Below are positions 36,446 through 45,898 of a stretch of 54,994 nt of DNA, in pieces. The notes beneath the pieces were generated by a model, which searched no databases, was not told where the DNA came from, and was given only the letters and a program-made list of their open reading frames with translations. The first letter of the stretch is position 1; each line of letters starts with the position of its first letter. The DNA is from a virus (taxonomy: Duplodnaviria; Caudoviricetes): IMG/VR virus record IMGVR_UViG_3300047352_000276, positions 1 to 54,994 of that record. One strand, given 5' to 3'. The translations under genes were made by a program, and so were the position numbers.

Positions 36446-37683
36446 CAGTCAATGATTCCTTCTTTTTTAAACCACTCGCCAACTTCAGCTTTAGTCATGA
36501 AATAAGGCTCACCCATCAACTCTTCAATTACGTAATATGCATCATCCTCATAACCTGTTGGTGCTTGGGTTCCGAACTTCTCGAAATAATTGTCCAGACC
36601 TGCCTCGTCACTATCAAGCCAATTCTTAATGTTGTCACCCTCGTCAACTAAGCTATCAAAAACTTCATCAATCCCTTGAATGCTTTCAAGAGCCATATCA
36701 GCAGCCTCCCTCGGGCTGACATCATACTCTTCAACAACGTCATTTACTAGGTCATTAAAGCTGCGAGTTTTCCTAACACCTTCTGATAAAGCTGCAAGCT
36801 CTGAAGGTGGTGGGACTCTCTCAACAGCTGCCTTGACTGGAAGTGGAATATCATCAACAATCTTCATCACCGATGGGGCTGCGGCTGTTACACCCAAAGC
36901 AGACAAACCACCCATCACTTCTCTGCGATTCACTGTTGTTGGATCAGGCAGGTTGCCCAAAACACCATCATCGTCGTATTGTTGAGTTGGGACTTCGCCT
37001 GTGATCATCTCGTCCAAGTTGTCTTGAACTTTGTCAGCTGCGACGATTGCGTCAACCTTTTCGCTGCGTGGGACTGCAGCCTTTGAAGTGATAGACTTCA
37101 ACCAAGCTAGAGCTGGACGAGTCATCGCTTTGGTCAAAGGGAATGCTTCAGCTACAGAGAATGCACCACCAACAACCCCAGCTAAAGCATCTAATTTGCT
37201 TTCAGCTGTTCCCAAGTCTCTGTAGGCTTCATTAGCTGCGAAAACCAATCCAGCGGGAGTGATGTCTGCAACGCCAAAGCCTTCCGCAATGCTTTGATTC
37301 GCGTCGCCTGTCAAATTTCCAGCGAACTTGCGAGCCTCATATGGGTTCATGCCAAGATATTCTGCGGCACTCGCAATAGAATTTTGAGATTTCTGTCTCC
37401 AGCTTTCCTCAGGAACATCAGACGGCCTCAAATAACCTTCTCTGAAAGCATCGTAAATTTCTGATGGGCTCCCCCCTTTGGAATAAACTTCTGAAAATGA
37501 CTCTCCAGGAATTTCCGACATCTCATTTGAACGACCAATTTTAGTCGGGGCTATGGTGCCTTGGCGCATGATGTAATTCACCATGTTCTCATAGTTGTCG
37601 TCGCCAAACTTCTGTGGTGGGAGCTTTTCACGATCTGCGAATATGCTGGATGGTTCAACGTATTCTCTAAGTGGATCTGCCAT
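36445..37683 (-). CDS. Hypothetical acidic protein with internal twin-arginine-like motif
   Basis: VNRREVMGGLSALGVTAAAP. Confidence 0.65.
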   Translation of the reverse strand: MADPLREYVEPSSIFADREKLPPQKFGDDNYENMVNYIMRQGTIAPTKIGRSNEMSEIPGESFSEVYSKGGSPSEIYDAFREGYLRPSDVPEESWRQKSQNSIASAAEYLGMNPYEARKFAGNLTGDANQSIAEGFGVADITPAGLVFAANEAYRDLGTAESKLDALAGVVGGAFSVAEAFPLTKAMTRPALAWLKSITSKAAVPRSEKVDAIVAADKVQDNLDEMITGEVPTQQYDDDGVLGNLPDPTTVNRREVMGGLSALGVTAAAPSVMKIVDDIPLPVKAAVERVPPPSELAALSEGVRKTRSFNDLVNDVVEEYDVSPREAADMALESIQGIDEVFDSLVDEGDNIKNWLDSDEAGLDNYFEKFGTQAPTGYEDDAYYVIEELMGEPYFMTKAEVGEWFKKEGIID

Positions 37684-37868
37684 CAGACTTGCCCTCCGGA
37701 AAGTTGTTGCGTGAGTATTTGTAGCGTCTCTTGGAAACCTTTGTCAAGCTCCTTGGCTGCCATGGCGAACTTGCGTGGACTGATCTTTTTGATCTTGCGC
37801 TTTTCTAGAAAGCTCTTCGCCGCACGAATCTCTGCATTGGCTACTTTTTTAATGGAGGATCTACTCAT
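37683..37868 (-). CDS. Small basic protein
   Basis: Lys-rich 61-aa coupled ORF. Confidence 0.6.
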   Translation of the reverse strand: MSRSSIKKVANAEIRAAKSFLEKRKIKKISPRKFAMAAKELDKGFQETLQILTQQLSGGQV

Positions 37869-38652
37869 CTTGTTCTCCTGTGGATAATGAGCTCAATGCA
37901 CCAGCAGCCAACGGCACAGAAGCGAGTATTTTGCCTGACTTGGCTTGTGCTGGGTCAAAATTTGCAAATTGCGAACGAATTTGGTTTGGCTCTAAAACTA
38001 TTGTGCTCATAGATCCTGGATCTTCGCCTTTGTTCACATATTGAATGCTGTCGAACCCTTTTGAATTTAAAAAATCAATTATCCAGCGGTCTTTGCCTCC
38101 TGGATAAATTTCATCTGCTTCGCCGAATGGAACTCCATTAAATTGGAAATTTTCTGCAAAATATCTGTTATCAGTGAAAGTTTTTCCGTCTGGCTTTTCA
38201 TATTTTTTGGTGACTTTTGCTGTGTTAAGCTCATCGCTTGAAATTCCATATTTCGATACAGCAAGTTGCTTGTTATTTTTATTTGGTGGGGTTGCACCGC
38301 TGATCCCAATTTCTGAAGAAATTCTATCCCAAATATTGTTTGCATCCCAAGAAGAAAGGGAGCCAGCATAAGTATTTTCTTTTAAAGTTAGTGGTCTTTC
38401 TGCTTTTAACCTAACAGGATAAATGGATCCAACCATATCACTGGATCTGCCTTGGTCCTGAACCGATCTCAAATCTCTCAGGCGTTCGTAAGCTGCTTCT
38501 GGTGTTCCAAAGTGAAAGAATTCTCCTGATTGTTTGAATTCTTCAATATCTGGACTTAATGATCCATGATAAAACACTTTGTCTGAAAAACTAGACAAAA
38601 AGTCAGCAACACCCTCGACTGTTTTTACTCCAAGCCTACTTAAAGCTGACAT
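37861..38652 (-). CDS. ADP-ribosyltransferase-like protein (ART-PolyVal type)
   Basis: VFYHGS, FHFG..EAA, IYPVRL, GFDSIQY.N..E, IVLEPNQIRSQFANFDP. Confidence 0.6.
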   Translation of the reverse strand: MSALSRLGVKTVEGVADFLSSFSDKVFYHGSLSPDIEEFKQSGEFFHFGTPEAAYERLRDLRSVQDQGRSSDMVGSIYPVRLKAERPLTLKENTYAGSLSSWDANNIWDRISSEIGISGATPPNKNNKQLAVSKYGISSDELNTAKVTKKYEKPDGKTFTDNRYFAENFQFNGVPFGEADEIYPGGKDRWIIDFLNSKGFDSIQYVNKGEDPGSMSTIVLEPNQIRSQFANFDPAQAKSGKILASVPLAAGALSSLSTGEQDE

Positions 38653-38653
38653 A

Positions 38654-38914
38654 TCACCATGCCCTGCAAGACCAGTATCTTGCTTTTGTTTTTGGTCCAG
38701 GATTATCGCAGTTGTGACGAGACCGGAAGTTGCTCCTGCGGCCTTTTTGGTTTTTCTTGATTCGCATGTTTGGGTCGCCGAATGTTACACGCTTGACTCT
38801 GTCGCCATCCTTGACGTAAACCACAGACTTCTTTTTGCCGTAGCTCGTCTCACCCTTGCCGATCCTGCGAGGCTTGTTCAGCGTCACCTTTTTGCCTTTG
38901 TAGGTTGCCATCAA
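38654..38914 (-). CDS. Small basic protein
   Basis: FGDPNM...NFRSRHNCD...ARYWSCRAW. Confidence 0.7.
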   Translation of the reverse strand: MMATYKGKKVTLNKPRRIGKGETSYGKKKSVVYVKDGDRVKRVTFGDPNMRIKKNQKGRRSNFRSRHNCDNPGPKTKARYWSCRAW

Positions 38915-39114
38915 TAAACCCTCTGTTGTTCTGGATCAATTAGCTTTGGGACGCAATATGCTGTGGCAATGTCCTTTGGGTAATATTCGCCATACCTCCG
39001 GACCAACTCCCGAGCATAATAGTTGCAATCTTCAACTCTCCAAAAGTGCATGTCTTCACTCACCAACTTTCTTTCTTGGCCAAGGTAAAGCATCAATGCG
39101 AAAACATGAACCAC
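38911..39114 (-). CDS. Hypothetical protein
   Basis: Coupled 67-aa ORF; C.YYA...AYCVP. Confidence 0.6.
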   Translation of the reverse strand: MVHVFALMLYLGQERKLVSEDMHFWRVEDCNYYARELVRRYGEYYPKDIATAYCVPKLIDPEQQRVY

Positions 39115-39258
39115 TCACTTGTGGACTTTCTGCACGTCGAATGATGCCTTTCTGACCGCACCCTTGTGGGGTTTGTATTCGCCTTTCATCAGCTTGAAAC
39201 CTTTGCCAGACTTCATCCAATGGAATCCTTTTGGGGCATCAACTGCTTTTTTTGCCAC
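39115..39258 (-). CDS. Small basic protein (47 aa)
   Basis: Read manually: MAKKAVDAPKGFHWMKSGKGFKLMKGEYKPH... Confidence 0.6.
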   Translation of the reverse strand: MAKKAVDAPKGFHWMKSGKGFKLMKGEYKPHKGAVRKASFDVQKVHK

Positions 39259-39493
39259 TTTTCTTCCCTTTCCAGCTCACACGCTTCTTGGATGTTTTGC
39301 GCTTGGCTGCTGCTTTGGCTGACTTGCTTTTGCATTGCGCCATTGTTGGCCGACAGGCGGGATATCCTCGTTTGCTTTTGGTTCTGGACTTCCTGCCGCA
39401 TGGCTTGCCAGTCTTGCAATCTACCCAGCCTTTGCCTTTGTTCTGGCTGAACCACTCCCTGAGGCCACCGCTGGTGCTACTTTTTTTTGGCAC
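39239..39493 (-). CDS. Small basic Cys-containing protein
   Basis: GTG start; GLREWF...WVDCKTGKPCGR...YPACRP. Confidence 0.65.
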   Translation of the reverse strand: MPKKSSTSGGLREWFSQNKGKGWVDCKTGKPCGRKSRTKSKRGYPACRPTMAQCKSKSAKAAAKRKTSKKRVSWKGKKSGKKSS

Positions 39494-39632
39494 TTTTCTT
39501 ACCCCAGTTTTTGGCACCAACCTTCCGACACTTGACAAGAGCACCAGACCCATACGCCGAAGGCCACGTGCCGCCTTTGCGAGTGTAGCGTGCTTTTACT
39601 TTTTTGTAGCAAGCGTCCTTCTTTTTTGCCAT
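39477..39632 (-). CDS. Small basic protein (51 aa)
   Basis: Read manually: MAKKKDACYKKVKARY...WPSAYGSGALVKCRK. Confidence 0.65.
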   Translation of the reverse strand: MAKKKDACYKKVKARYTRKGGTWPSAYGSGALVKCRKVGAKNWGKKSAKKK

Positions 39633-39757
39633 CAGTTTTTGCCTCTGTAGCCAGCAGCTCTTATTGCGCGACCTTGCCTTTCGGCTTCAGCCCTAGTCTT
39701 GTAGACTTTGCCAGACTTGCCCCAGCGATAGCCTCCTTTGACTTTGCGGACAGGCAC
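39632..39757 (-). CDS. Small basic protein (41 aa)
   Basis: Read manually: MPVRKVKGGYRWGKSGKVYKTRAEAERQGRAI... Confidence 0.6.
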   Translation of the reverse strand: MPVRKVKGGYRWGKSGKVYKTRAEAERQGRAIRAAGYRGKN

Positions 39758-40014
39758 TAATGCCCTCCGAGAATCTGGTTCATCATCTCATGAACGTCGC
39801 CATCACCTATCTTCATGACTTTGACTTTCATGTCGCCTTCCTCATATTCCTCTTCCTCTTCCATCATGCCATATTGCATCTGGTGGCAAAGCAAAAGAAA
39901 GTTAACAAGCTGATCGTCCGAAAGCTCAAGACCTTCAGCATCATGCGGAAAGCCCATCTTTTCTGCAAAAAGCTCCGCATTTTCTTCCATGTTTTCTACG
40001 TTGACTTCAGCCAT
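39757..40014 (-). CDS. Small acidic hypothetical protein
   Basis: RBS GGAGG; Glu/Met-rich. Confidence 0.65.
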   Translation of the reverse strand: MAEVNVENMEENAELFAEKMGFPHDAEGLELSDDQLVNFLLLCHQMQYGMMEEEEEYEEGDMKVKVMKIGDGDVHEMMNQILGGH

Positions 40015-40023
40015 GGTGGCCTC

Positions 40024-40416
40024 CTATTTCATCATGTCTCTATATTGTTGAGCTTCAATGTCGCTAGTGGAGCCGGAGCCGCTGGGCCGGAGCTTTGGGC
40101 GCATCCGAGCAACTTCAGCATCGCTCATTGAACCACTTGGCCCCATGCGTGTCCGCTCCGCAAAGTCAGCTTCTTGTTGGGCGCGAATGTTGTCGTACAT
40201 CTTTTGATCTGCGGCCATGCTGGTGGCAGCTTCAGTAGGCATCGCAGAAACCATTGCCTCAAGATTCATACGTTCCATGTCACTGAGTGCACCGCCAGCG
40301 ATTATTTCTTGCACTCTTGCCGTCAACTCTGGGGGAGCCTCTGCTGTCATGTCAGTGTTGGCTCGCAGGAAAGCCTGCATAAGCTCAAGGTCAGACATCG
40401 TACCTAAATTATCCAT
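40024..40416 (-). CDS. Hypothetical protein with G.MSD.E repeats
   Basis: GTMSDLE, GALSDME, GSMSDAE, GSTSDIE. Confidence 0.6.
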   Translation of the reverse strand: MDNLGTMSDLELMQAFLRANTDMTAEAPPELTARVQEIIAGGALSDMERMNLEAMVSAMPTEAATSMAADQKMYDNIRAQQEADFAERTRMGPSGSMSDAEVARMRPKLRPSGSGSTSDIEAQQYRDMMK

Positions 40417-41737
40417 TATTTGCTTCTCCATTATAAAGGACAGACCAGTCTTTTTGCCCGACGAACAGGCCAATGGAGAAACAAATCGCCTCGCCAATGT
40501 TCTTGATTAGGAATCCTGAAAGTGTGCGCTTGTGCGACTCAGGCTTGACAATGCGAGCTATCTCTTTGGCTCTTGCCACTGTGAGGTATTCGAAAAGGTT
40601 GCTCAGAGACGTTGAAGACCGCATCCGCACGACCATCGGCACTGCCCAATGATGGTAACCACGAACTGTGATCGGGGAAAGTCTCTTGGCTGTGTACACG
40701 ATGTCCATCCGATAAAGATCCATGTCCAGCTTGCCTTGCTTATAAAGCTCTGTGCAAATGACTCTGGAAAATCCACCATCTCCACCGCCACGCTCTATTT
40801 CTTGTGCGCGACTCTCTCCAGGACCACCACCATCAAACCTGTCCATAAAGCTAATGAACCCGCCATCATTGCCTTTTGGGTCTGCTGGAGCGGAATATGC
40901 ACTGTCATCGCTTTTGGTGTTATACCTCACACCTCCTATTTCGACCTGATCGTTGATTGGGGCTGCTGGACCTTGATAATCATCTTCGTCGAAAGACCGT
41001 CCGAAAAGATTAGATGTGGCAGACCCAACGGACTGGCCAAGCTGATAAGCTGCATTGGACATCCCTGTCAAGAAGTTTTGATCGAGTGGATTCTTTTCGT
41101 TTTCTGCGAAAGTGATGTAACCGTCCCTGTCCTCATCTGCTCTGCGGCCACCACCAATGCCATAAACATCTCCAGCATATCCAGGACCCCCACCATCCCT
41201 ACGATCTTTCAAGCTGAGATACTTTCCAGGATCTGGCTCAAAAGACTCCTCAGCTGGTGGTGCGCCATAACCTCCTGCGTCAATGGCTGCTACGTTGTAC
41301 CTGCGGGAATCTTGGCGACGACCTAGGTTTATCGGTTGGCCAACCCCAACCGCATCAATGGCTGTTCTGATGTTGCTGAAAGTTGGAAGGTTGTTTTTGC
41401 CCAATGCACCCTCAACAAAATCACCATCTCTCTCTTGGAGCGTATCGAAAGACTCAAGCTGGGCAGTTCCAGCCTCCAGATCGCCAACAAGATTTGAGAC
41501 GCTTGCTTCGACTCTTGGGATGGCAGCGTTATTCACAGCGGATTGTGTTGGCACGGATGCAGGAGGGTTTGGATCAACCATAGATGGTGGTTCCATAGTT
41601 GATTGATCCGGAACAACAGAGGGTTTTGCTGCAGGAACATTGCCAGCAACCAAATACTGGCCAGCATCTAAAAAGTTGTTTTGCCGAGAGAATGGTTCTC
41701 TGACACCTCTTAAAAATTGCTCTGGATCATACGCCAC
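40409..41737 (-). CDS. Putative virion protein with C-terminal VIC...GYH.WA...DWSVLY domain
   Basis: GTG 41737 after AAAGGAGA; D..DGGGPG repeats; C-domain paralogous to that of 19594-20877. Confidence 0.65.
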   Translation of the reverse strand: MAYDPEQFLRGVREPFSRQNNFLDAGQYLVAGNVPAAKPSVVPDQSTMEPPSMVDPNPPASVPTQSAVNNAAIPRVEASVSNLVGDLEAGTAQLESFDTLQERDGDFVEGALGKNNLPTFSNIRTAIDAVGVGQPINLGRRQDSRRYNVAAIDAGGYGAPPAEESFEPDPGKYLSLKDRRDGGGPGYAGDVYGIGGGRRADEDRDGYITFAENEKNPLDQNFLTGMSNAAYQLGQSVGSATSNLFGRSFDEDDYQGPAAPINDQVEIGGVRYNTKSDDSAYSAPADPKGNDGGFISFMDRFDGGGPGESRAQEIERGGGDGGFSRVICTELYKQGKLDMDLYRMDIVYTAKRLSPITVRGYHHWAVPMVVRMRSSTSLSNLFEYLTVARAKEIARIVKPESHKRTLSGFLIKNIGEAICFSIGLFVGQKDWSVLYNGEANNG

Positions 41738-41978
41738 GCTGATCTCCTTTCGGCATTCCGGACATGAAAGACTCCAGCGCACCCATGTTTGGTCCTTGGG
41801 CTCTTGCTCGGATCTCTTCGACCTTGTTTTTCAAATATTCCATCATCGGGTCTGCCGCAGGTGCTGCGGGACTGGGAGGAGAAACCGCATTGGGTGGTGC
41901 TCCTGCGACAGCTGTTTGGCCAGAAAACTTGGTTGGGTCAATTGGACCCATGGGCAAAATGTTGCCGTTAAAGTCCAC
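41727..41978 (-). CDS. Hypothetical protein
   Basis: Coupled to the portal stop. Confidence 0.6.
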   Translation of the reverse strand: MDFNGNILPMGPIDPTKFSGQTAVAGAPPNAVSPPSPAAPAADPMMEYLKNKVEEIRARAQGPNMGALESFMSGMPKGDQRGV

Positions 41979-44406
41979 TTTTCATAGCCTCCATCTGGAT
42001 TTTTGCTGCATTCTTTTCTCGCTCAAGCTGCAACTCTGCTTGGAGCTTTTGAACTTTGGCCTCCAACTCTGCTTGAACCTTGGCAGCTTGGATGTCCATG
42101 TTCTGGCGAGCCTTGGCTTGATCGATCTCGATGTCTGATCTTGCTTTGGCTTGGTCTGCGGCAATCTCGGATTGAGTGCGCTGTTGAAGAGCCTGAGCCT
42201 CCAGCTGTGCGAGCTGCTTGGCGTATTCCAAAGGATTCTGTTGACCGCCTTGTTGCCCTGCAGCTTGCAGAGCTTTGATCGGTTGCATCTGGGGAGCTGC
42301 AGCGACCACTTGGGCTGCGCGTTGCGATATGAGCATGTCCATCTCTGGATCGATGTCTTTCAAAGCGAACTTCGGATCTCTGAGGTTGGGCAATGGTGGG
42401 AGTGGCATGTTGATGCTGGCTTCCATCCGCTGGCGATACAACAACGCGACGTGCTCAGCAATGTGGGCGATCAATATTGGCTGCATCGTCTGGGCTGCTG
42501 GGTTGCCAGCCAAAGACGGATCTTGCATGAATTGAATGTGCACCGCAATGTGGGCTTCGTGATCTTGCTCTGGGAAAGCCTTGATTGGCTTGCCATACAT
42601 GATCGACATGTTCTCGTCGATTGGGTCTGTCCTCGGAGCTTCTTCTGGCTTGATCAAAATCTCATCAATGTTCGGGATTCTGATGGCCTCATACATTCGT
42701 TTGTATGCTTCGTAAAGATCGTGCAGCTGCGGAGCTGACTGAGCCATTTGCAAGATTGCTTGAGCCTGAGCGATTCTCTGGGCAGTGCTGAATATGTTGG
42801 GGTCAGAAACCGGAATGATGTCGACACGATCGTCGAAGTCAGTCGCAAAGACTGTCTCGCTGGAACCAGCAACCGAAAACTGGAAAGACTCCTCGAGGTG
42901 CTCTGCATTCAGTTTGGCCAGCAACTTGAACTCTTGGCCTTGGGAATAATGCAGACGTTTGTGGATTGCGCTGAATGCTTTGGAGCCTTGCTCAATCAGA
43001 GCGACAGTTGACCCGACGGGTGCATTCGGGTTGACGTCTCCAACATTGAGGTCAGAAGTCGAAGCGAACCTCTGGCCAGCTTGGACGATGAACCCCAAAA
43101 GGTTGAACAACGATTGGCTTGGCTCTTTGAACGGCAATGGCATGATTGCTTTGTTGACGTCATCCACCGTCGCGTCCAGATCAACGAACTCTCCAGGATT
43201 GACATCAATCTCACCACCGCTGACTCTGCCCTTCAGCTTGAAGCCACCTTGCATGTTCGCAAAAGCTGCGGAGTCCAAAAGTGCACGCAACGAGCCTGTG
43301 GCTGCTCTGCCCAGACCGCCGATCATGTGATACAAACCGAAACCGTAGAATCCCAATCCAGGCAAGAACTTGTAGCTTACGAACCAGTCTCTGCGCTTTT
43401 TGTCCTCGTCGTTCTCGTCCCAGTTCCTGCGGATGGCGACGATCTTCTCAGAGTCATAGTCAATGGTAATGACGTAAGGCAACATGACAAGGTTCTCAGA
43501 CTCTTCGTCCTCAATCCCGTCTATGCCCTCAAAAGCCTCGTAACAATGCATCTCCAAAAGAGTCATGACATCGTCGTCAGAGTCGTCGTCTTTGTCTATG
43601 CCTTCGATCCGCTGCGTGGTGTAGCCATCATCATCATCATAACTGTCCCCAGTGTATTCCGAAGGCAAATACCAACCAGCCGCGACATACCTGTTGTAGT
43701 CGTTTTTGGGCATTTTGATGATGTGGGTGTATCGTGGGGAAGTGTGAAGATCTTTGCTCTCTGGTGCAACAACAAAATCTTCAGCTTTGACAAACTGGCT
43801 GCATTGGCGATTGAGGTTGGCATCCCACCAAACCTTTTTGAACGTCTGGCCAACCAGTGGCAGGTGAAACAACATTTGGTCAAGGTCTGGGAAATATTCC
43901 GGCATCTGCTCCATGATTTGGTAATTCATGAATTCCTTGACACGACGAGCTTGATCTTCAGTTTCTTCGTTTGGCTCGCCAATGATGGTGGTCTTGACTG
44001 GACCGCCAGCTGGGTAAAGCTCTGCGATGGCTTTGGCGTTGAACTGCGTGGCAGCTTCTGCGATCAGCGGATGGACGACTGTGCTGAGGCCACGAATGGC
44101 TCGCTCTTCTTCGTTCTCGTCCATGCCACCTTCTGGGTCGAGCGTCAACAAGCCTTGTTTGTAGCGTTCTTTCCACTCGGAACGAGCTGACTCGTCATTC
44201 TCAAAATAACCTGTGAGGGTGCCAGCTTTGCGGGACGACTGCTTTTCGTCAATGTCCTCTGCTAAGTTTGCATCGAAGTTGCTGTCAGACTCTTCAATGG
44301 CGTCCAAGACCGGATCACCAATCAAAACATCCCCATCCGGCAAAGTCTCAACCCGAAGGTCATCAGGCGGGGAGCCTTCTGCAAATGGAATAACAGGTTC
44401 AGCCAT
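41968..44406 (-). CDS. Portal protein
   Basis: 812 aa after TerL; HPLIAEAATQF, FLPGLGFYGFG, PLPFKEPS; Gln-rich coiled-coil C-terminus. Confidence 0.85.
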   Translation of the reverse strand: MAEPVIPFAEGSPPDDLRVETLPDGDVLIGDPVLDAIEESDSNFDANLAEDIDEKQSSRKAGTLTGYFENDESARSEWKERYKQGLLTLDPEGGMDENEEERAIRGLSTVVHPLIAEAATQFNAKAIAELYPAGGPVKTTIIGEPNEETEDQARRVKEFMNYQIMEQMPEYFPDLDQMLFHLPLVGQTFKKVWWDANLNRQCSQFVKAEDFVVAPESKDLHTSPRYTHIIKMPKNDYNRYVAAGWYLPSEYTGDSYDDDDGYTTQRIEGIDKDDDSDDDVMTLLEMHCYEAFEGIDGIEDEESENLVMLPYVITIDYDSEKIVAIRRNWDENDEDKKRRDWFVSYKFLPGLGFYGFGLYHMIGGLGRAATGSLRALLDSAAFANMQGGFKLKGRVSGGEIDVNPGEFVDLDATVDDVNKAIMPLPFKEPSQSLFNLLGFIVQAGQRFASTSDLNVGDVNPNAPVGSTVALIEQGSKAFSAIHKRLHYSQGQEFKLLAKLNAEHLEESFQFSVAGSSETVFATDFDDRVDIIPVSDPNIFSTAQRIAQAQAILQMAQSAPQLHDLYEAYKRMYEAIRIPNIDEILIKPEEAPRTDPIDENMSIMYGKPIKAFPEQDHEAHIAVHIQFMQDPSLAGNPAAQTMQPILIAHIAEHVALLYRQRMEASINMPLPPLPNLRDPKFALKDIDPEMDMLISQRAAQVVAAAPQMQPIKALQAAGQQGGQQNPLEYAKQLAQLEAQALQQRTQSEIAADQAKARSDIEIDQAKARQNMDIQAAKVQAELEAKVQKLQAELQLEREKNAAKIQMEAMKSGL

Positions 44407-45898
44407 ACATCGTCAACCTTTTCCTCATGGGCTCGTCATCATCTTCGTAATCACCTGAATGGGTGACAAACCAGCCTTTGCGCAATCTCAACCACGCTTG
44501 CGTGCACGTGTCAACTATGTCGTCATTCTCAACTGCTGGGAATGCAGCACAGATATCAATTAAATTTTTAGCCCACTTCTTGCCTTTTGGAAAGTAAATT
44601 CTTCCATCCTCCAATAATGCGGAGCTTGCATGGGCACGAGCTTGCTTGTCTCTGTCCGGAGAATACTCAATTACGGGGACACCAGCCATGCGCAAATCTT
44701 GCAGCAAACTCTGGCCAGAAGCCTTCTTCTCGATCAACACAGCGTCTGGGTCGTACTCTTCATATGACTCTTGTGCGATCTTCCGCAGCTCTGGGTAAGT
44801 AACACGATCCCACCAAGCCTCAAGCACCATAGCACACATCGCTCCCCTGTGCCGGAAGACTCCCCACGTCGTGCGAGCGGAATAAGATGATTTCTCTTTG
44901 ATGCTGAATGCTGTGTCCCAAGACTGCAAAACATATTCAATCTCTGGAAGCTCATCGCCTTCCCATGGAACCCACCACTCTGATTTCAAGATCCCACCAC
45001 CTTTTGGGGCTGGCCTTTGTTGCAGCTGTCCGGCTGAAGCATATGACCCGAGGCTTCTCTCAAGATTGGAAAGAGTTTTGTCGTCGATCCGGTTTGGCCA
45101 GAGAAGCTCTCCTTCCTTAGTGCGTGGGTCTGTGAATCCTAAGCTGGATCTGGTCTTGGTCGGGTGGCCGATCTCATATCGGGCTGGCAAGCACAAATGA
45201 TCCCATTCATCACCAATCTCATTGGCCAATATGTGCCCTGTCAAGTCTCCCTCGTGCACTCTTTGCATTATCACGACAAAAGCACCAGTCTTGGGATCAT
45301 TGAAACGTGACTGCATGGCTTGGTCCCACCACTCCAAAACTCCCTCTCGGACGGCCATCGAATCTGCCTCCCGAACATTGTGTGGGTCATCAATCACGAT
45401 TATGTCGCCACCCTCCCCAGTCAAGGCACCATCCACAGAGGTTGCGATCCTTTGGCCAGTGTGGTCGTTCTCAAACCGTTGTTTCTGGTTCTGGTCACCA
45501 GTCAGCCGGAAAGCCTCACCAAAATGATTCTTGTACCATGGGCTGTCAATCAACCGTCGACACTTAACACTGTCTCGGATCGAGAGTCCAGACGCATAAG
45601 ACGCATAAAGGAATTTCTTGGCAGGAGCGAACGTCCAAGTCCAAGCTGGCATCGTGACCGCAACTGAGATTGACTTCATGTGTCTCGGAGGGATGTTGAT
45701 GATCAAACGCTTGATGTCACCCTCAACAACAGCCTGCAAATGCTCAGATATTGCATCAATGTGCCAGTTGTCATTGAAGTCAGATCCTGGCTCAATCGTC
45801 GGCCATGAGCTCTTGGTAAACTCCTTCAGTGAGCGTCTCATCTTCTCCGCTCTGATCTCCGTCAATGACAGCGTGCTCAAGAACTCGTTCAATTGCAT
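44399..45898 (-). CDS. terL: Terminase large subunit
   Basis: NIPPRHMKS (Walker A), IIVIDDPH (Walker B), QSWDTA, IEKKASG, DDIVD nuclease motifs. Confidence 0.93.
   Translation of the reverse strand: MQLNEFLSTLSLTEIRAEKMRRSLKEFTKSSWPTIEPGSDFNDNWHIDAISEHLQAVVEGDIKRLIINIPPRHMKSISVAVTMPAWTWTFAPAKKFLYASYASGLSIRDSVKCRRLIDSPWYKNHFGEAFRLTGDQNQKQRFENDHTGQRIATSVDGALTGEGGDIIVIDDPHNVREADSMAVREGVLEWWDQAMQSRFNDPKTGAFVVIMQRVHEGDLTGHILANEIGDEWDHLCLPARYEIGHPTKTRSSLGFTDPRTKEGELLWPNRIDDKTLSNLERSLGSYASAGQLQQRPAPKGGGILKSEWWVPWEGDELPEIEYVLQSWDTAFSIKEKSSYSARTTWGVFRHRGAMCAMVLEAWWDRVTYPELRKIAQESYEEYDPDAVLIEKKASGQSLLQDLRMAGVPVIEYSPDRDKQARAHASSALLEDGRIYFPKGKKWAKNLIDICAAFPAVENDDIVDTCTQAWLRLRKGWFVTHSGDYEDDDEPMRKRLTMYG

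Noticed and set aside
43081-44190. 369-aa + strand ORF (also the 319-aa - strand ORF at 5272-6231)
   Set aside because: Antisense shadows of the portal and dnaE genes; no motifs or RBS
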